Shown: positions 29,325 through 42,040, numbered from the stretch's first letter. The stretch: DNA of 64,000 nt from Octopus vulgaris (GCA_951406725.2 OX597818.1:85374001-85438000); one strand, 5' to 3'. Made by a program: numbers and translations. Notes: generated by a model from the sequence alone, not told the origin.

Positions 29325-29525
29325 TTTGAGCTGGCAGAATTTTTACAGAACTAGGCAAAATGCTCAATGGCATTGCATCCATCTTTATGTTTCTAAGTTC
29401 AAATGCCCCAGGTCAACTTTCATCCCTTTGAGGTTGATAAAATAAGTGCCTGTTGGGCACTGGGACCAATATAATCAGCTAACCCCTTCCCAGAAGATAG
29501 TGGCCTTGTACCAAAATTTGAAAGC
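29325..29525 (+). mobile_element. SINE family A
   Basis: GAGCTGGCAGAA..AAGTTCAAAT..GGTCAACTTTCATCCCTTTGAGGTTGATAAAATAAGT..GGCCTTGTACCAAAATTTGAAA. Confidence 0.8.
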
Positions 29526-29589
29526 TGTATTACCCTTGTACTTTCATTGTTGTTATACTTGCTTGCAGTATAGATTTGTTATGCTTATT

Positions 29590-29622
29590 TTCTCTTTTTT
29601 TTCTTTCTCATTTCAGGTAAGA
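29590..29622 (+). promoter_or_regulatory. Candidate recursive splice site (3' splice site directly followed by 5' splice site)
   Basis: TTCTCTTTTTTTTCTTTCTCATTTCAG|GTAAGA; AG at 29615-29616, GT at 29617-29618. Confidence 0.45.
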
Positions 29623-29886
29623 CAATATTTTATTTTACAAGCACATAAAAAAAAAAAGAACAATCTACAGAAACAATAAAAACTAAAAGAGTGAAAAGGT
29701 AATGGAAAACTTTTGAAAATCATTTCAGCTAGTAAGAATTCTTAATTTTGCTATTAATTTTTTTTTTTCTTCTCTGCATTTTTTAATGTGTATGTGAATT
29801 TTATAGAGTTGGTCATGGTGGCTGTCTTGATGGTAGAGTATCAGGCTACTTGATGGGTTATACATTATGTGCCTTTTGTTGAAGTG

Positions 29887-30450
29887 AAGGCACATAGCTA
29901 AGTAATTAGGATATCCGTAAGGTTATGATTTTGGTTCTAAGCAGTGAGTTGTGTCCTTGAGTCAGACACTTTATTTCACATTGCTCTAGTCCAATCACCC
30001 GGCAAAAATGAGCAGTACCTGTATTTCAAAGGGCCAGTCTTATCACATTCTGTGTCATGCTAAATCTCCCTGAAAGCTTCGTTAGCGGTATACATGTCTG
30101 TGGAGAAGGCGGCGAGCTGGCAGAAATGTTAGCACGCCGGGCGAAATGCGTAGCCGTATTTCGTCTGCCGTTACGTTCTGAGTTCAAATTCCGCTGAGGT
30201 TGACTTTGCCTTTCATCCTTTCGAGATCGGTTAAATAAGTACCAGTTACAGGGGTCGATACAATCGACTTAATCCGTTTGTCTGTCCTTGTTTGTTCTCT
30301 CTGTGTTTAGCCCCTTGTGGGTAGTAAAGAAATAGGTATGCATGTCTGTGGAGTGCTCAGCCTCTTGCATGTTAATTTCACAAGTAAGCTGTTCCATTGA
30401 TCGAATCAACTGGAACCCTTGTCATCATAATTGACAAAGCAACGGTGCCT
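29887..30450 (+). mobile_element. SINE family C hosting a nested SINE A
   Basis: AGGCACATAGCTAAGT head and TCCTTGAGTCAGACACTTTATTTCACATTGCTC core; colinear with 63570-63850 either side of the insert. Confidence 0.8.
30106..30334 (+). mobile_element. Young CpG-rich SINE A with a 19-bp TSD
   Basis: TSD GGTATACATGTCTGTGGAG (30087-30105) / GGTATGCATGTCTGTGGAG (30335-30353); head GGCGGCGAGCTGGCAGAAATGTTAGCACGCCGGGCGAAATGCG. Confidence 0.93.
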
Positions 30451-31989
30451 TTGGTGAAAGATGTTTTTACCTTGGATTAACATTTCTTTCTGGAATAATT
30501 CAGCTTGTCTTAGATGTAAATTAGTTCTTAATTAAGTCCTTTGTTTGGTTATGGAACATAGGCCTCCAACAGCTTTCACTCTCTGTTTGCAACTCTGGGC
30601 AAATCTGATCTTTCAGAATAATAGCCACAGAGATTTAATGAGATGTTATAGAAGCAGTCTGCAGTTTTTTTTTTATTTATTTTATTTTTTTTTATACTAG
30701 GTTCTGTATTCTATTCTATTTGTTACAGAACCATTACAGCCAATGTTACACATCAGTTTCACACCAGATATCTGATAACAGGGCAGCTATCTAACACACA
30801 TGCTTGTCAGTGATGGCAGGCATGGAAAAAATTGAAGAGCCTTTTTTTTATCCATGCAGAAAAATACAATGATGTCATTACAAATCTGGGAAATACATTT
30901 TTTTTAAAGAAACACTCGATGCCCCTTCCCCCACCTTGCCCATCCATCACCTACCCACTTTCAAAAAGCTAAAGCCTCCCAATGTCTCACTTTTGTCTGA
31001 TGTTTCACACTTGCATAGAATTGTACTGAAATAGCAGACGTAAAGAATACCAGAAAACCCATCATGCTAGAAAAACAGGTAAATGAAATTTCTGAAGAAA
31101 CTTCTCTGTTATCCAAAAAGCTAAAACCGAAACATAGAAAGTTTGTAGCTTTTTGAAAGTGGTGAGGTGATGGGTGGATGTTTAGATGTTTAGATGTTTA
31201 GGAAGGAGATTTTAGTTTGTCTTTAAGAAAAAAGGAAAATTAAAATTCTTAAAGATTTGTACTCAGTGTTTTTCTCTCTGTGGATTACCTAGAAAAAAAT
31301 TTGGGAAAAAGTAAAAAATGAAGAAATTTAAGTGGGGAGGGAAAAAATTAAAATATTGAGAACATGTTTTTTGGGCAAAATCCTAATCTCCTGTATAAAA
31401 AACATAGGAATTGGAAGAAATTTAGGAAAGAAATAGGGTGGAAGGTGGAAATGCTAGAAACAACAGGTAAAGGACAGGATCTCTGTGAAAACTTCCTTTT
31501 AAGTTTATATCAAAGACAGGTTCTTAAATACACTCATCACAAACATAAATTACAGAATAGAAAAAGGTCATTTTGATTGGATTTGAGCTGTAATTTTGCA
31601 CGCAGGTGTTATATTCCAAAACCTCCAACAGAAATAATTAAAATCTAAAAAAATCTAAATGCCTGTTGGCTGCTGGAATCCACAGTATTCTGAGGAAACT
31701 GCAACATAAATTTACATATATTAACCAGGAAAATCCTCGATGTACTGAGTATGTGATAGGTGGACCACTATATGGCAAGGAATTACTGTAATTCAACTGA
31801 ACTTTTACCTAGAGTGTGTGTGTGTGCCAAAGGAAGTTATTTTATGGGATTCTTTGAAGAGAGCAGAAATTGAAAGGGAGGAGAAAACGAAAAGTCAACA
31901 TTTGCTTTGAAGTAAGAGGAGAAGGTGAAAGATGTATGTATGTGTAGTTGTGGTTTTATTTTAATACAATATTTATGTGTTCATTTTCA

Positions 31990-32356
31990 TAAATGTTTGT
32001 CTGAGTAGAATTCTATGCATGCATGAAACATCAGACAAAAGTGAAACATAAGTAGTAAATCGAAATATTGCCTGAAAATGACCCCGAAATTGTGCGACCT
32101 GACCTTGTTTCGAAGGTTATTTTAGTAGTAAAAAGGTGTTTTTGTGCCAAAAACATAGTTTATTTGGTAGGCCTTATATAATATATGTAGATAGATTATA
32201 AGCAGCTTTCTTTATTATAGTACAGTTACAACTAATTTGGTTGCCGAAAGATTACTGAATCTTTTGAGACATCATACGTCAAAATTGACAACTCAGTTTT
32301 TGAATGCATAAGGAACATACAGACATATAATAATTCTCTTTCATATATATATATAT

Positions 32357-32390
<34 letters not shown>

Positions 32391-32510
32391 TATACCATAT
32401 ATAATAATGTATACTTTGATGACAAATATACAAGTATCTATTTTTTCTGAGTTATGGGTTCTTAGGTAACTATAGATAGATAGACAGACAGACAGATAAA
32501 TGTCCATCTT
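31990..32510 (-). mobile_element. Possible non-autonomous Helitron-like fragment
   Basis: Minus strand TCTATATATATATATATGAAAGAGAA..TGTCTGTATGTTCCTTATGCATTC..GTCAATTTTGACG resembles recalled Helitron 5' ends; no 3' hairpin/CTRR found. Confidence 0.35.
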
Positions 32511-34004
32511 TTGTAGTAGCTTGGATTAGAAATTTTAAAAGCTGTTTGCTAGCTGAAAAGTAGCAATAGTCTATATACTCTTCTATTAAAATGACAATTG
32601 AACGAGGAATCTCAAACTCTGCAAATTGCTGCATGGTTCAATGAACATGTACGTTCCTTTCTTTTATTGTTTGAAAAATACATAAAAAGATAAGTGATAA
32701 CGGATTGCCAAATAAACTAGCGTATGTCACTCCTGAGTTAAATCCATTGATTAATTTCTTTATTAATAATTTCTTCTTCACCCCCACCCCATTCATCACC
32801 ACTTCTCATCATATACTTTCTCTCTCTCTTTCCTTCCTTTACCCCTTCCTACTCTTCTTTGTACTCTTCTGCTGTATCAATTCCCCCCCCCCCACATGAC
32901 GTGTTCATTTATGTTTCCAGTTTTCTTCCACCTGCCCCAAACCTCCTCTCTTTTTATGCTCTCTCGCTCTCTTCATTTATTGTGATTGCATTTGTGTGTG
33001 TGTGTGTGCATGCATGCTCACCCACACAGGTATATGCGTGAGTGTGTCTTAGTGTATGTTTGTGCATGCACACGTGCTTGCATGTAATATATCTAGTTGA
33101 ATGACATTGAATTTTAATGAATAAATATATCACCCCTATTACAGCTATATATATGTATATAAACACATATACATAAACACACGTGCACACATCTGTGTGT
33201 GTGTGTGTGTGTATGAAAGAGAGGGATGTGTATATGTATACACATAGGCTTAGATTTTATCTTGCCTTTTGCCTTCTGTTTCATAATCCCTACCTACACA
33301 CACTTATGTATGTACACATCGTGGGATACATAATAGTCCCCAGCATATGCTTCTATTATTATTTATTAAACCATGTGATTTATGGAGTGCAAGCAAAGAG
33401 AGAGAGAGCCAGACCCAGCTCTAGGATGGGGCAGGGGCGTATTCAATCTATACTGCGATAGGATCCCTATTTGTCCAACATCAAATAGCCAATCTAGCTC
33501 ACTGCAATCACTCTCTGTTAAGTTTTTCTCCACCACCCTGCTATCCTCTCTCACACCTACCTACACCATGATTAAGTGATGTTAATCATGTTATTATGCT
33601 TTATTCTGATATCAGACGCTGAACATTGGCATCTCTATTGATATACTAGACTACAGTGGTAGTTGTTGTTGTCAACATTGTTATTATGGTAGTTAAGGCC
33701 TTGCCAATCCCAGTAATTGGCTCTGATTCCTCGTCTTTTTTGTTGTTCATTCTTCCTATTGGCTTTTGTCATTTTTGTTATGTAGTCTAGATTACCTGTA
33801 ATTGTACAGACCTAGGATCCAGTCCTGTCTTAAAGGACAGGCACACTGAGAAGTTGCTTGGGAGTGTTTCTACGGCTGGATGCCCTTCCTAACGGCAACC
33901 ACTCTGTGAGTGTAGTGGGTGCTTTTTACGTGCCACCAGCACAGTACATAAATACCATAGGGCCCAGTGACTTCACAGCTCTAGGAGTCTAATTCTTATG
34001 ATTT

Positions 34005-34215
34005 ACGGTTCTTGAGCCATGCCGATTCATACGGACTGGTTTCCATGGCATATAAACTCACCACCTAGACGGAATGCCAGTCCATCACATGATTACTCAT
34101 TTTTGCCAGCTGAATGGACTGGAGTAATGTGAAATGAAATGTTTTGCTCAAGAAGACAACGTCGCCTGGTCCAGAAATCAAAACAACACCCTAACCACTA
34201 AACCATGCACCTCCA
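34005..34215 (-). mobile_element. SINE family C
   Basis: TTACTCATTTTTGCCAGCTGAATGGACTGGAGTAATGTGAAATGAAATGTTTTGCTCAAGAA..CCTAACCACTAAACCATGCACC. Confidence 0.85.
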
Positions 34216-34800
34216 CTATGTATGATACAACTTCTTGTCATTAAATAAATACTATAGGGCCCAGTGTAGTGATTGACCCAAGGGCCTTGCAGCTCTAGGG
34301 ACCCAATTCTGATATTTATATTTTGGGGCTTGCTATCAGTAAATAAATACTATATGGCAAAGACATTCTAGTAATCACCTTCCCATCTTATTCAAATACA
34401 AATCATCATTTTATGCTCATTTTCCACTATGGTATGGGTTGAATAGATCATCATTGGTCCAAGTGTTACTGAGCTCCTGGATAGGTTGGGGCTATATCTC
34501 ACTCTAACATGGTTTCTATAGCTGGATGCCTTCTCTGTCACCAACCATTGTACAATGCGCACATAGCACCTGCTCTACAGTAAGTCATCTTGTTCTCAGC
34601 AAGATTAATCCTTTTACTGCAGAAAGCAGGCATATCCACTCAAAAGTTTCTTTATCCTTAACTGTGGAAATCAGATTTATATACCAATCCATCCTTAGTT
34701 GAGGAATGTCATGTTTGAAACCGTATTCTGTTGCGATATGTCAAGTTCATTTAGGCAACGTGACTTACAGAAAATACCAATTCTGTTGTTTGGTAGATAT

Positions 34801-35003
34801 TCAACCCTTTTGTTACCATATTTCTGTTGAACTACTTTGCATTTGTTTGAATTAATTTTGGAAAAATATCTTGATCATTATTAAAGTGATAATTGGAACG
34901 TAAATTAATAAGGAATATTATTGTGAAATTTTAATTTAAACTACTATATATATTAAGTGTCTATCATAGAAGCAGGAGCATTCTTTTATTTAGAAAGGGT
35001 TAA
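34801..35003. mobile_element. piggyBac-like MITE family E
   Basis: TCAACCCTTTTGTTACCATATTTCTGTTGAA ... AAAGGGTTAA. Confidence 0.75.
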
Positions 35004-35179
35004 GCAGAGATATGCAGCTATTGTTTATTGCAAATCATGTGGCAATATGCAGAATCCCTTGTTTGTTCATTATTAGTAGTGATTGTGCTGCTGAAGTATT
35101 GGTTGGTTCAACCACTTAGGCTACTGATTTTATAATTATTGGTAGTGATTGGTGAAGGTGGAGTGCTATTGCTGCTCTT

Positions 35180-35690
35180 ATATCTTGTCTTTGTCATTAG
35201 ACTGTGGCCATGCTGGAGCATCGTTTTGATGGCTTTAATCAAACCAATTGACTGCAGTATTTTTTATATAGGCCTGGCACTTATTCTGTCATTCTCTTTT
35301 GCTAAACTGCTTAGTTACAGAGATGTAAACAAACCAACACCAGTTGTCAAGTAGTGGTGAAGAAAAACACAGTTGTGCATTCTTCCACAGCACACACACT
35401 CACACACACACATCAGATTGAGCCTGGTGCAGCCTTCTGGCTGACCAGTCCTCAGTCAAACCATCCAACCCATGCCAGCAGCATGGAAAGCGGATGTTAA
35501 ATGATGATGATGATTATATATATGCACACACACACGATGGGCTTTCTGTTCCCATCTACCAAATTCATTCACAAGGCTTTGGTTTGTCAGAGGTTTTAGT
35601 AGGAGACACTTACCCAAGTTGCCTCACAGTGAGAGTGAACCCAGAACCTTGTGGTTGGGAAGCAAACTTCTAAGTACACAGCCATGTTAG
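35180..35690 (-). mobile_element. SINE B with a + strand SINE D tail inside its (CA)n linker
   Basis: B tail 35180-35370 and B head 35535-35690; D tail ATCAGATTGAGCC..AACCCATGCCAGCAGCATGGAAAGCGGATGTTAAATGATGATG at 35412-35514. Confidence 0.8.
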
Positions 35691-35982
35691 TAATAGTTAT
35701 TACATAAAGTTATTACTTCTGGTTAATGCTCTAATTTGAGAAGAAAAACAACTTAGCTGCCTGATACAGTGTTTGTATTCATTTATTTCATTTAAGTCAT
35801 ACATTCATTTATCAATCAGCTGAACTAGTGGTGTTCAAGTGATTGAGACATGGGTGGGGGGCCTACTATGCAAAGCTTGTTTGACCCTATTTACTCCATT
35901 ATTGAAAAGAGTTGCATGACAAATTGTCTGAATGACAACGCTATTAAAGTGGTTAATATGTAATTGATTTTCTCAATGATGT

Positions 35983-36421
35983 GTTGGCTGAACTGTTAAA
36001 ACATCAGTAAAAATACTTTGTGGTATTTTATTCTTGCTCTTTTTGTTCTGAGTTCAAATATCACTGAGGTCGAGATTACTTTTGTCCTTTCAGGTTTGAT
36101 GAAATAGGTACACATTGAACACTGGTGTTGGTGTAATCAACTTCCCCTTCCTCTCAAAATTATTGACCAAGTGCCAAGATTAGAATTATCAATATTATTA
36201 TTTTTCTACAGCAGCAAACTGGCAGAATCATTAGCATGCTGGGCAAAATGCATATCAGTATTTTGTCAGTCTTTATATCCTGAGTTTAAATGCTGCTGAG
36301 GTCAACTTTGGCTTTCATCCTTTCAGGGTTAATAAAATAATTACCAGTTGAGCACTGGGATTAATGTAAATCAACTTACCTCCTCTCCCAAAATTACTGG
36401 CCATGTCCTAAAATTTGAAAC

Positions 36422-36472
<51 letters not shown>

Positions 36473-36692
36473 CATTATTAAAGCGATGAGCTGGCAGAAT
36501 TGTTAGCATGCTGATGAAATGCTTAGCGGCATTTTGCCTGTCGCTACGTTCTGAGTTCAGATTCTGCTGAGGTTGACTTTGCCTTTCATTCTTTCAGGGT
36601 TGATAAATTAAGTACCATTTACACACTGGGATCGATGTAATTGACTTAGCCCCACCCCCAAAATTTCAAGCCTTGTGTCTATGGTAGAAAGG

Positions 36693-36725
<33 letters not shown>

Positions 36726-37195
36726 ATCATAAACATGGCAAGCTGGCAGAATCATTATGTGTCTGACAAAATGCTTTGCTGCTTTTCATTTGGCTCTTTA
36801 CATTCTGAGTTCAAATTCCACCAAGGTTGTCTTTGCCTTTCTTCCTTTAGGGGCTGATAAAATAAGTACCAGATGAGCATTAGGGGTTGATGTAATTGAT
36901 TACCCCTCCCCTGAAAATTGCTGACTTTGTTCTAAAAATGGAAAGAATTATTTAATTGCAAAGGTGGTAAGCTGGTAGAATCATTACCACATTGGGCAAA
37001 ATGTGCAATCACATTTCTTCGTGGTTCTTTATGCTCTGTGTTCAAATCTTGCTGAGGTCAACTTCTCCTTTCATACTTTCAGGATTCATTAAAATAAAGT
37101 ACCATACAAGTACTACTGGTGATAATGATATCAACAAATTGTATTGACTAATACCCTTCTCCACAAAACTGTTGAACTTCTACCTAAATTGAACC
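35983..37195 (+). mobile_element. Five head-to-tail SINE A copies joined by (ATT)n
   Basis: Units start at ~35983, 36210, 36482, 36737 and 36961; (ATT)n at 36423-36480 and 36693-36722. Confidence 0.9.
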
Positions 37196-37514
37196 ATTTA
37201 ATTGATTTTTCAATTGTTACAGCTTAATAGATGGAAGGCAAACGAAAAAACAAACAAACAAAAAAACTACATAAAACTACACATCACCAATGAGGGATTC
37301 CTTGTAGGTGGGAGGGGGTGCTATTGCTATTTCAGGGCTCTGAAATATTACAGAGATGGAACAAATAGGTACAAATTTAATTTAGTGGTTGTGGTGTTAA
37401 TGATGGTGGTAAGAGCATGAGAGAAAGAGGAGGGCAAATTGTGTGAATTTGTGGTTAGAGTGTGTATAATTATTGCGTACAGTAGCAATGTTAGTATTGG
37501 TGGTGGTGGTGGTG

Positions 37515-37565
<51 letters not shown>

Positions 37566-38649
37566 ATAGTTATGATTGTTATGGGGATGGCATTAGTTGT
37601 GGTGGATATGGGGTTAGTTATGATGGTAGTTTTAGTAACAATGCATTGTGGGAAGTATAGCAGAGGTGTAAGTTGGTGTTGGTAGTGGATGGTAATGGCA
37701 ATGGTGGTATTGTCGGTGGTGGTTGGGTAATGGTAGGGGATAAGATGTCTTAATGGGTGGAAATTATTTGTGATTATGATGTATGTGGTGGGTGTGGTGT
37801 AGGGGCATAATTGCTGTAGTGACAGTGAAAGGTGTTGGTGGTGATGGTAGTATAACATTCAAGCTGTTTATGGCAGGTGGTTATGTGACACTGATGGTAG
37901 TGCTACTGATGTGGGTGTTGGTGACAGTGGTGGTGGTGATGAAGAAACCGATGATGGTGATGTCATCGGATATCGAGTGGCTTTGATGTGATTACTGTAG
38001 TGTTTTGATGTTTATAGTAACCGCAACACAACAAACAGAAACTGTATCTCCCTCCCCACTCTCCTTCCTCTCCCCCACACCCTTCCACCACCTTGTCTTC
38101 TTCAGTACTTTGTCATTCATTCTTGTGAAAGAGAGAGAAACCGACAGACAGACAGGCAGAGAAGAGGAGAGACAGAGCATTAGCTATGTCAATCTCTCTT
38201 AGTTGCAGACATTTATCATCTTGATATTTTTATTTATTACTTACTGGTTCAGACTGTAACCATGACGATATCAATGACACAGTGATAAGGGGTGGGGAGA
38301 TAGATTTTGATGGGTGAAGGTTTGGGATGGGGTTCTTTGTGTGAGTAAGGAGAATGAGAATATACCTCCAGCCCCGTTGTTATTGACAACAGATTTTCCT
38401 TGTGTGTGTGTGTGTGTGTGTGTTTCTCCATCAGCTGCTGTCACTTAAGTAATTACTTTTAATTTATTTTTAGTTAGTGATGGTGGTGGTGATTATAATG
38501 GGGGCATTCACAATGAATTAGAGGGTGGTGATATTATAGTTCAGCTTTAGTTTAGTTCTGATGGCAGATCTATGATCAAAAGGAGTTCCCAAATTTGACC
38601 ATCCATCTTTTTTTTTTCTTTTCTTTTCTTAATTCAAACATTTAAAGGT

Positions 38650-39200
38650 AAACATTTGTGTACTGAGAGTGCCACGGTACTCCATCTCTGAATGTAGGAA
38701 CTGATTTCTCATCAGGCAGTGAAGCAGCTATGTAGGTGTTTTACCCTCTTCCACTGTAACATCAGAGCTGCCCTGGGCCATCCAACAATGCTGGTGACAA
38801 AAGTTCTATTCAATAGCACAAACTTTATTGAGTGATTCTGGGCCAAATGTTTCTACCATCCTCAGTTTCAATCTTGCTGTAGTGCTCATCCTCTCTTTTG
38901 AGCCAGTTTTCGGACATATTGTGAACCCCGATTCCAGCAAATTCTCTAATGCCTATCTCTACAAGAAGGCACATTGCCTTACAACCATTGCTTTCCCTGA
39001 GTTCAGCCAACTCACTGTATTTCTTGTCTTCCCTAAGGAAAGCAATTTTTTGATCTTCACTTCTCAGGGAACAGTCTGCTCTATCATCTTTACCATTTTC
39101 TTTCCCTCGCACTGCATGGCAAGGTTTTACATCTTTTGGTGGCAAAATGTGGTAAGTTGATATTTAACATAAAGGTCAACAGAAAACTCTCAAGTTCCTT
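38650..39200 (-). pseudogene. HERO/R2-group non-LTR retrotransposon remnant (restriction-like endonuclease and 3' UTR)
   Basis: Frameshifted minus-strand translation *EFSVDL ... VKMIEQTVP*E ... KKYSELAELRESNGCKAMCLLVEIGIREFAG parallels the W.L.VDL / IELTVPWE / KY.EL....GW....VEVG.RG motifs. Confidence 0.75.
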
Positions 39201-39449
39201 CCATTTTGGATCATTCTTCTTCCTTACCATATTTAATGGCATAAAAGGCACGCATTCATATTAGACACACTGCAATATCAGCAATGCATATTCAAAGGAA
39301 AAAAAAAATGGTTTTTAGAGAGACCCAGCTTTAATATATAAAAGCAAGGGTGATTTCCTCAACCCTTTTCTTTCATCTTTTTTTTAAAAAAAAAAAAAGC
39401 ATCTAATGTGATATCAGATACGGTTGTTGTCTAATCTTTTATCTTTTAT

Positions 39450-39793
39450 CTTACTTGTTGCTGTCATTGAACTGTGCCTAAAGGGTTTTTAGTCAAACAA
39501 ATCAACCCCATGTTTTTTATTTGTTTTTATAAGTCATGATGTCTGGTATTTATTCTATATCTCTCTTTTTGTGAAGTAGTAGTGTGAGTGGAAGACCAAA
39601 TTACACATACATACATGCATACATATATACATGTATACTTACATACATACCTATATACATTCATGCATGACGTCTGGTACTTATTCTGTTGATCTCGTTT
39701 GCTAAATAGTTTATGGAGACATAAACAAACCAACACCAATTATCTGGCAGTGTTGATGTGTGAACAATCACAACACACATGTGAGTGTGTGTG

Positions 39794-39880
<87 letters not shown>

Positions 39881-40070
39881 AATATATATTTTTATATATG
39901 CAGTGGGCTTCCCCACAATTTCCATGTACCAAATTCAGATTCACTCACAAGGCATTGGTTGTCCAGAAGCTATAGCAGATGAAAAAACATTTCCCCAAGG
40001 TGCTGTGCAGTGGGACTGAACTCAAAACCACATGGTCCCAAAGCAAGCTTCTTGGCCACACAGTCCTGCC
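39450..40070 (-). mobile_element. SINE B with duplicated 3' module and expanded (CT)n(AT)n linker
   Basis: GTCTGGTA(T/C)TTATTCT occurs twice (39541, 39672); head CAAGGTGCTGTGCAGTGGGACTGAACTC..CCACATGG at 39996-40070. Confidence 0.75.
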
Positions 40071-40169
40071 TTCTTAAAAAAAAAAACCAATCAACTTCCA
40101 ACCATCATTTAATTCTAAGTTCTTACTAACCCTTTGATTTTTTCCTTTCCTTTCTCTTTTATAACAATC

Positions 40170-40849
40170 CAGTAATCATCATAAAATCATCGTAATCACA
40201 TCCATGGTCATCATAATGACATCCATGATCATCGTAATGGCTTCCGTCTTCCATTTAAGAGGAAAGCTTAATATCCCTCTTTATCATTTTAAACTTAGAT
40301 ACTTGGACCATTAAAATTTCCCAATGTACGTATGTATGTTTGAGTGTGTATGTACATGTAGAAGCACAAATGTATGTGTATATAAATGTGACAAGTAGCA
40401 AAATTGTTCTTTCCCTTTCATCATCATCATCACCATCGTAATCATCCCCATATTCCTCAACATCATTATCATTATTGTCATCATCATCATTACCACCTTC
40501 ATCGTAATCATTATTGTCATCAAGGTGGTTTATCATTGATACCATTGCCATCATCACCATCATCGTAACCATTACCAATATGTTCATCCTTATGACCATC
40601 ACCATCATCTTCATCATCATCACCATCATTACTATTATCATCGTCATCCTCATCAGCACTATCCGCACCTTCAGATCATCATCATCATCATCATGGAAGC
40701 TAATACCAACTAAATTACTTTTATAATCTTAGATTTATTAGTTTCCAGAACCAACCAATGTCAGGGAATCTTTTGAACAGTGTGTGTATGTGTATGGATT
40801 GGTTTTGTATGTATGTCTTTGTCTGCTAAGATAGGAGTCTTTGATGTTT

Positions 40850-40884
<35 letters not shown>

Positions 40885-42040
40885 TAGCAGCAACAATAAC
40901 AATACCTTCATCACAAATACCATTAGAAACACTGTGAACACCAAGAACACTGCCGCAAATAAAACCAAAAACAAGAATATAATAGGAGTAAAAAAAACAC
41001 CGCCAAAGACGAACATTACCACCACAACCAACACCATCACCAAGATCACTCCTGCCACCACTACGAGTACACCACCACTACCACCATTGCCACCATCACC
41101 ATCATCGCCACTGCCACTATCATCACCATCACCACCATCATTGCCACCACTACTATCATCGCCTTCACCACCATTACCACCTCCACCACTGCCACTACTA
41201 CCAGCCTCACCACCACTACCACCATCGCCACCTATTACTATTGCCATCGCCATCATCACCACCATCACCACTGTCACCATCATCCCTATCACCACTACAA
41301 TCATTTTCTCCTCACCGTTATTACTGAACAATAATAATAAATGAAGAGTGTAACAAACTAACAAATACCATGTACCACTTATACCACCAAGAAGTATCAT
41401 ACCCTTCTACAACCACTATCACCACAATGACTGCAATTTCTTCCTATGGCCTGTAACAACAAGTACCATACACTACATCTACCATCACCACCACCACCAT
41501 TTACTATCTCCCACTACCATCATTGTCCCCATCATCATCATCACCATTATCATTACCATCACCAGCATTAGCATCATCATCATCCATACACAGACCAATC
41601 ACCACTACCCCCACCATAACAATGAACACTATTGCTTCCTCTCACCACCACCACTACAACATAAATCACTACCTCCCACAATTCCCCACCATCACTGCTA
41701 TATTGCTCCACCTTCTTCAGAACTTTGGTAAATTACCTGCCTGTTCATTGATTCATCATTGTTATTATTGTTGTTATTGTTGCTGTTGTTGTTATTGCTG
41801 TGGTTGTTGCTTAATATACTAGAATCCATTAAAGTGGCTCGCTCCTCCTCATGTAGCCTTGTGTCTGCATTGCTAGTCATCATCATCATCATCATCATCC
41901 TCATCAATATCATCACTATCATTAATTATCATCATCACCACTGTCACTACCACCACCATCATCATCATCATCACTACCACCACCACCATCATCATCAGCA
42001 TTATCATCACCATTGCCATCACCACCATCATCATTACCTT
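40170..42040. repeat. Degenerate (CAT/CAC/TAC)n trinucleotide tracts
   Basis: Seen directly. Similar tracts occur at 225-290, 560-900, 17670-17940, 19850-19990, 25110-25330, 27130-27450 and 37470-37970. Confidence 0.9.

Noticed and set aside
31281-31303. Minus-strand AG|GT sites (TTTTTTTCTAG|GTAATC here; TTTTCTGCAG|GTATTA at ~60775)
   Set aside because: Short pyrimidine tracts and weaker donors; expected by chance in T-rich DNA.
38700-38770. Hammerhead ribozyme (CTGATGAG on the minus strand)
   Set aside because: No intact GAAA core or correctly placed stems I-III.
40738-41400. 220 aa Gly-rich and 136 aa Pro-rich ORFs
   Set aside because: Degenerate (CAC/CAT)n tract; similar tracts recur throughout the window.
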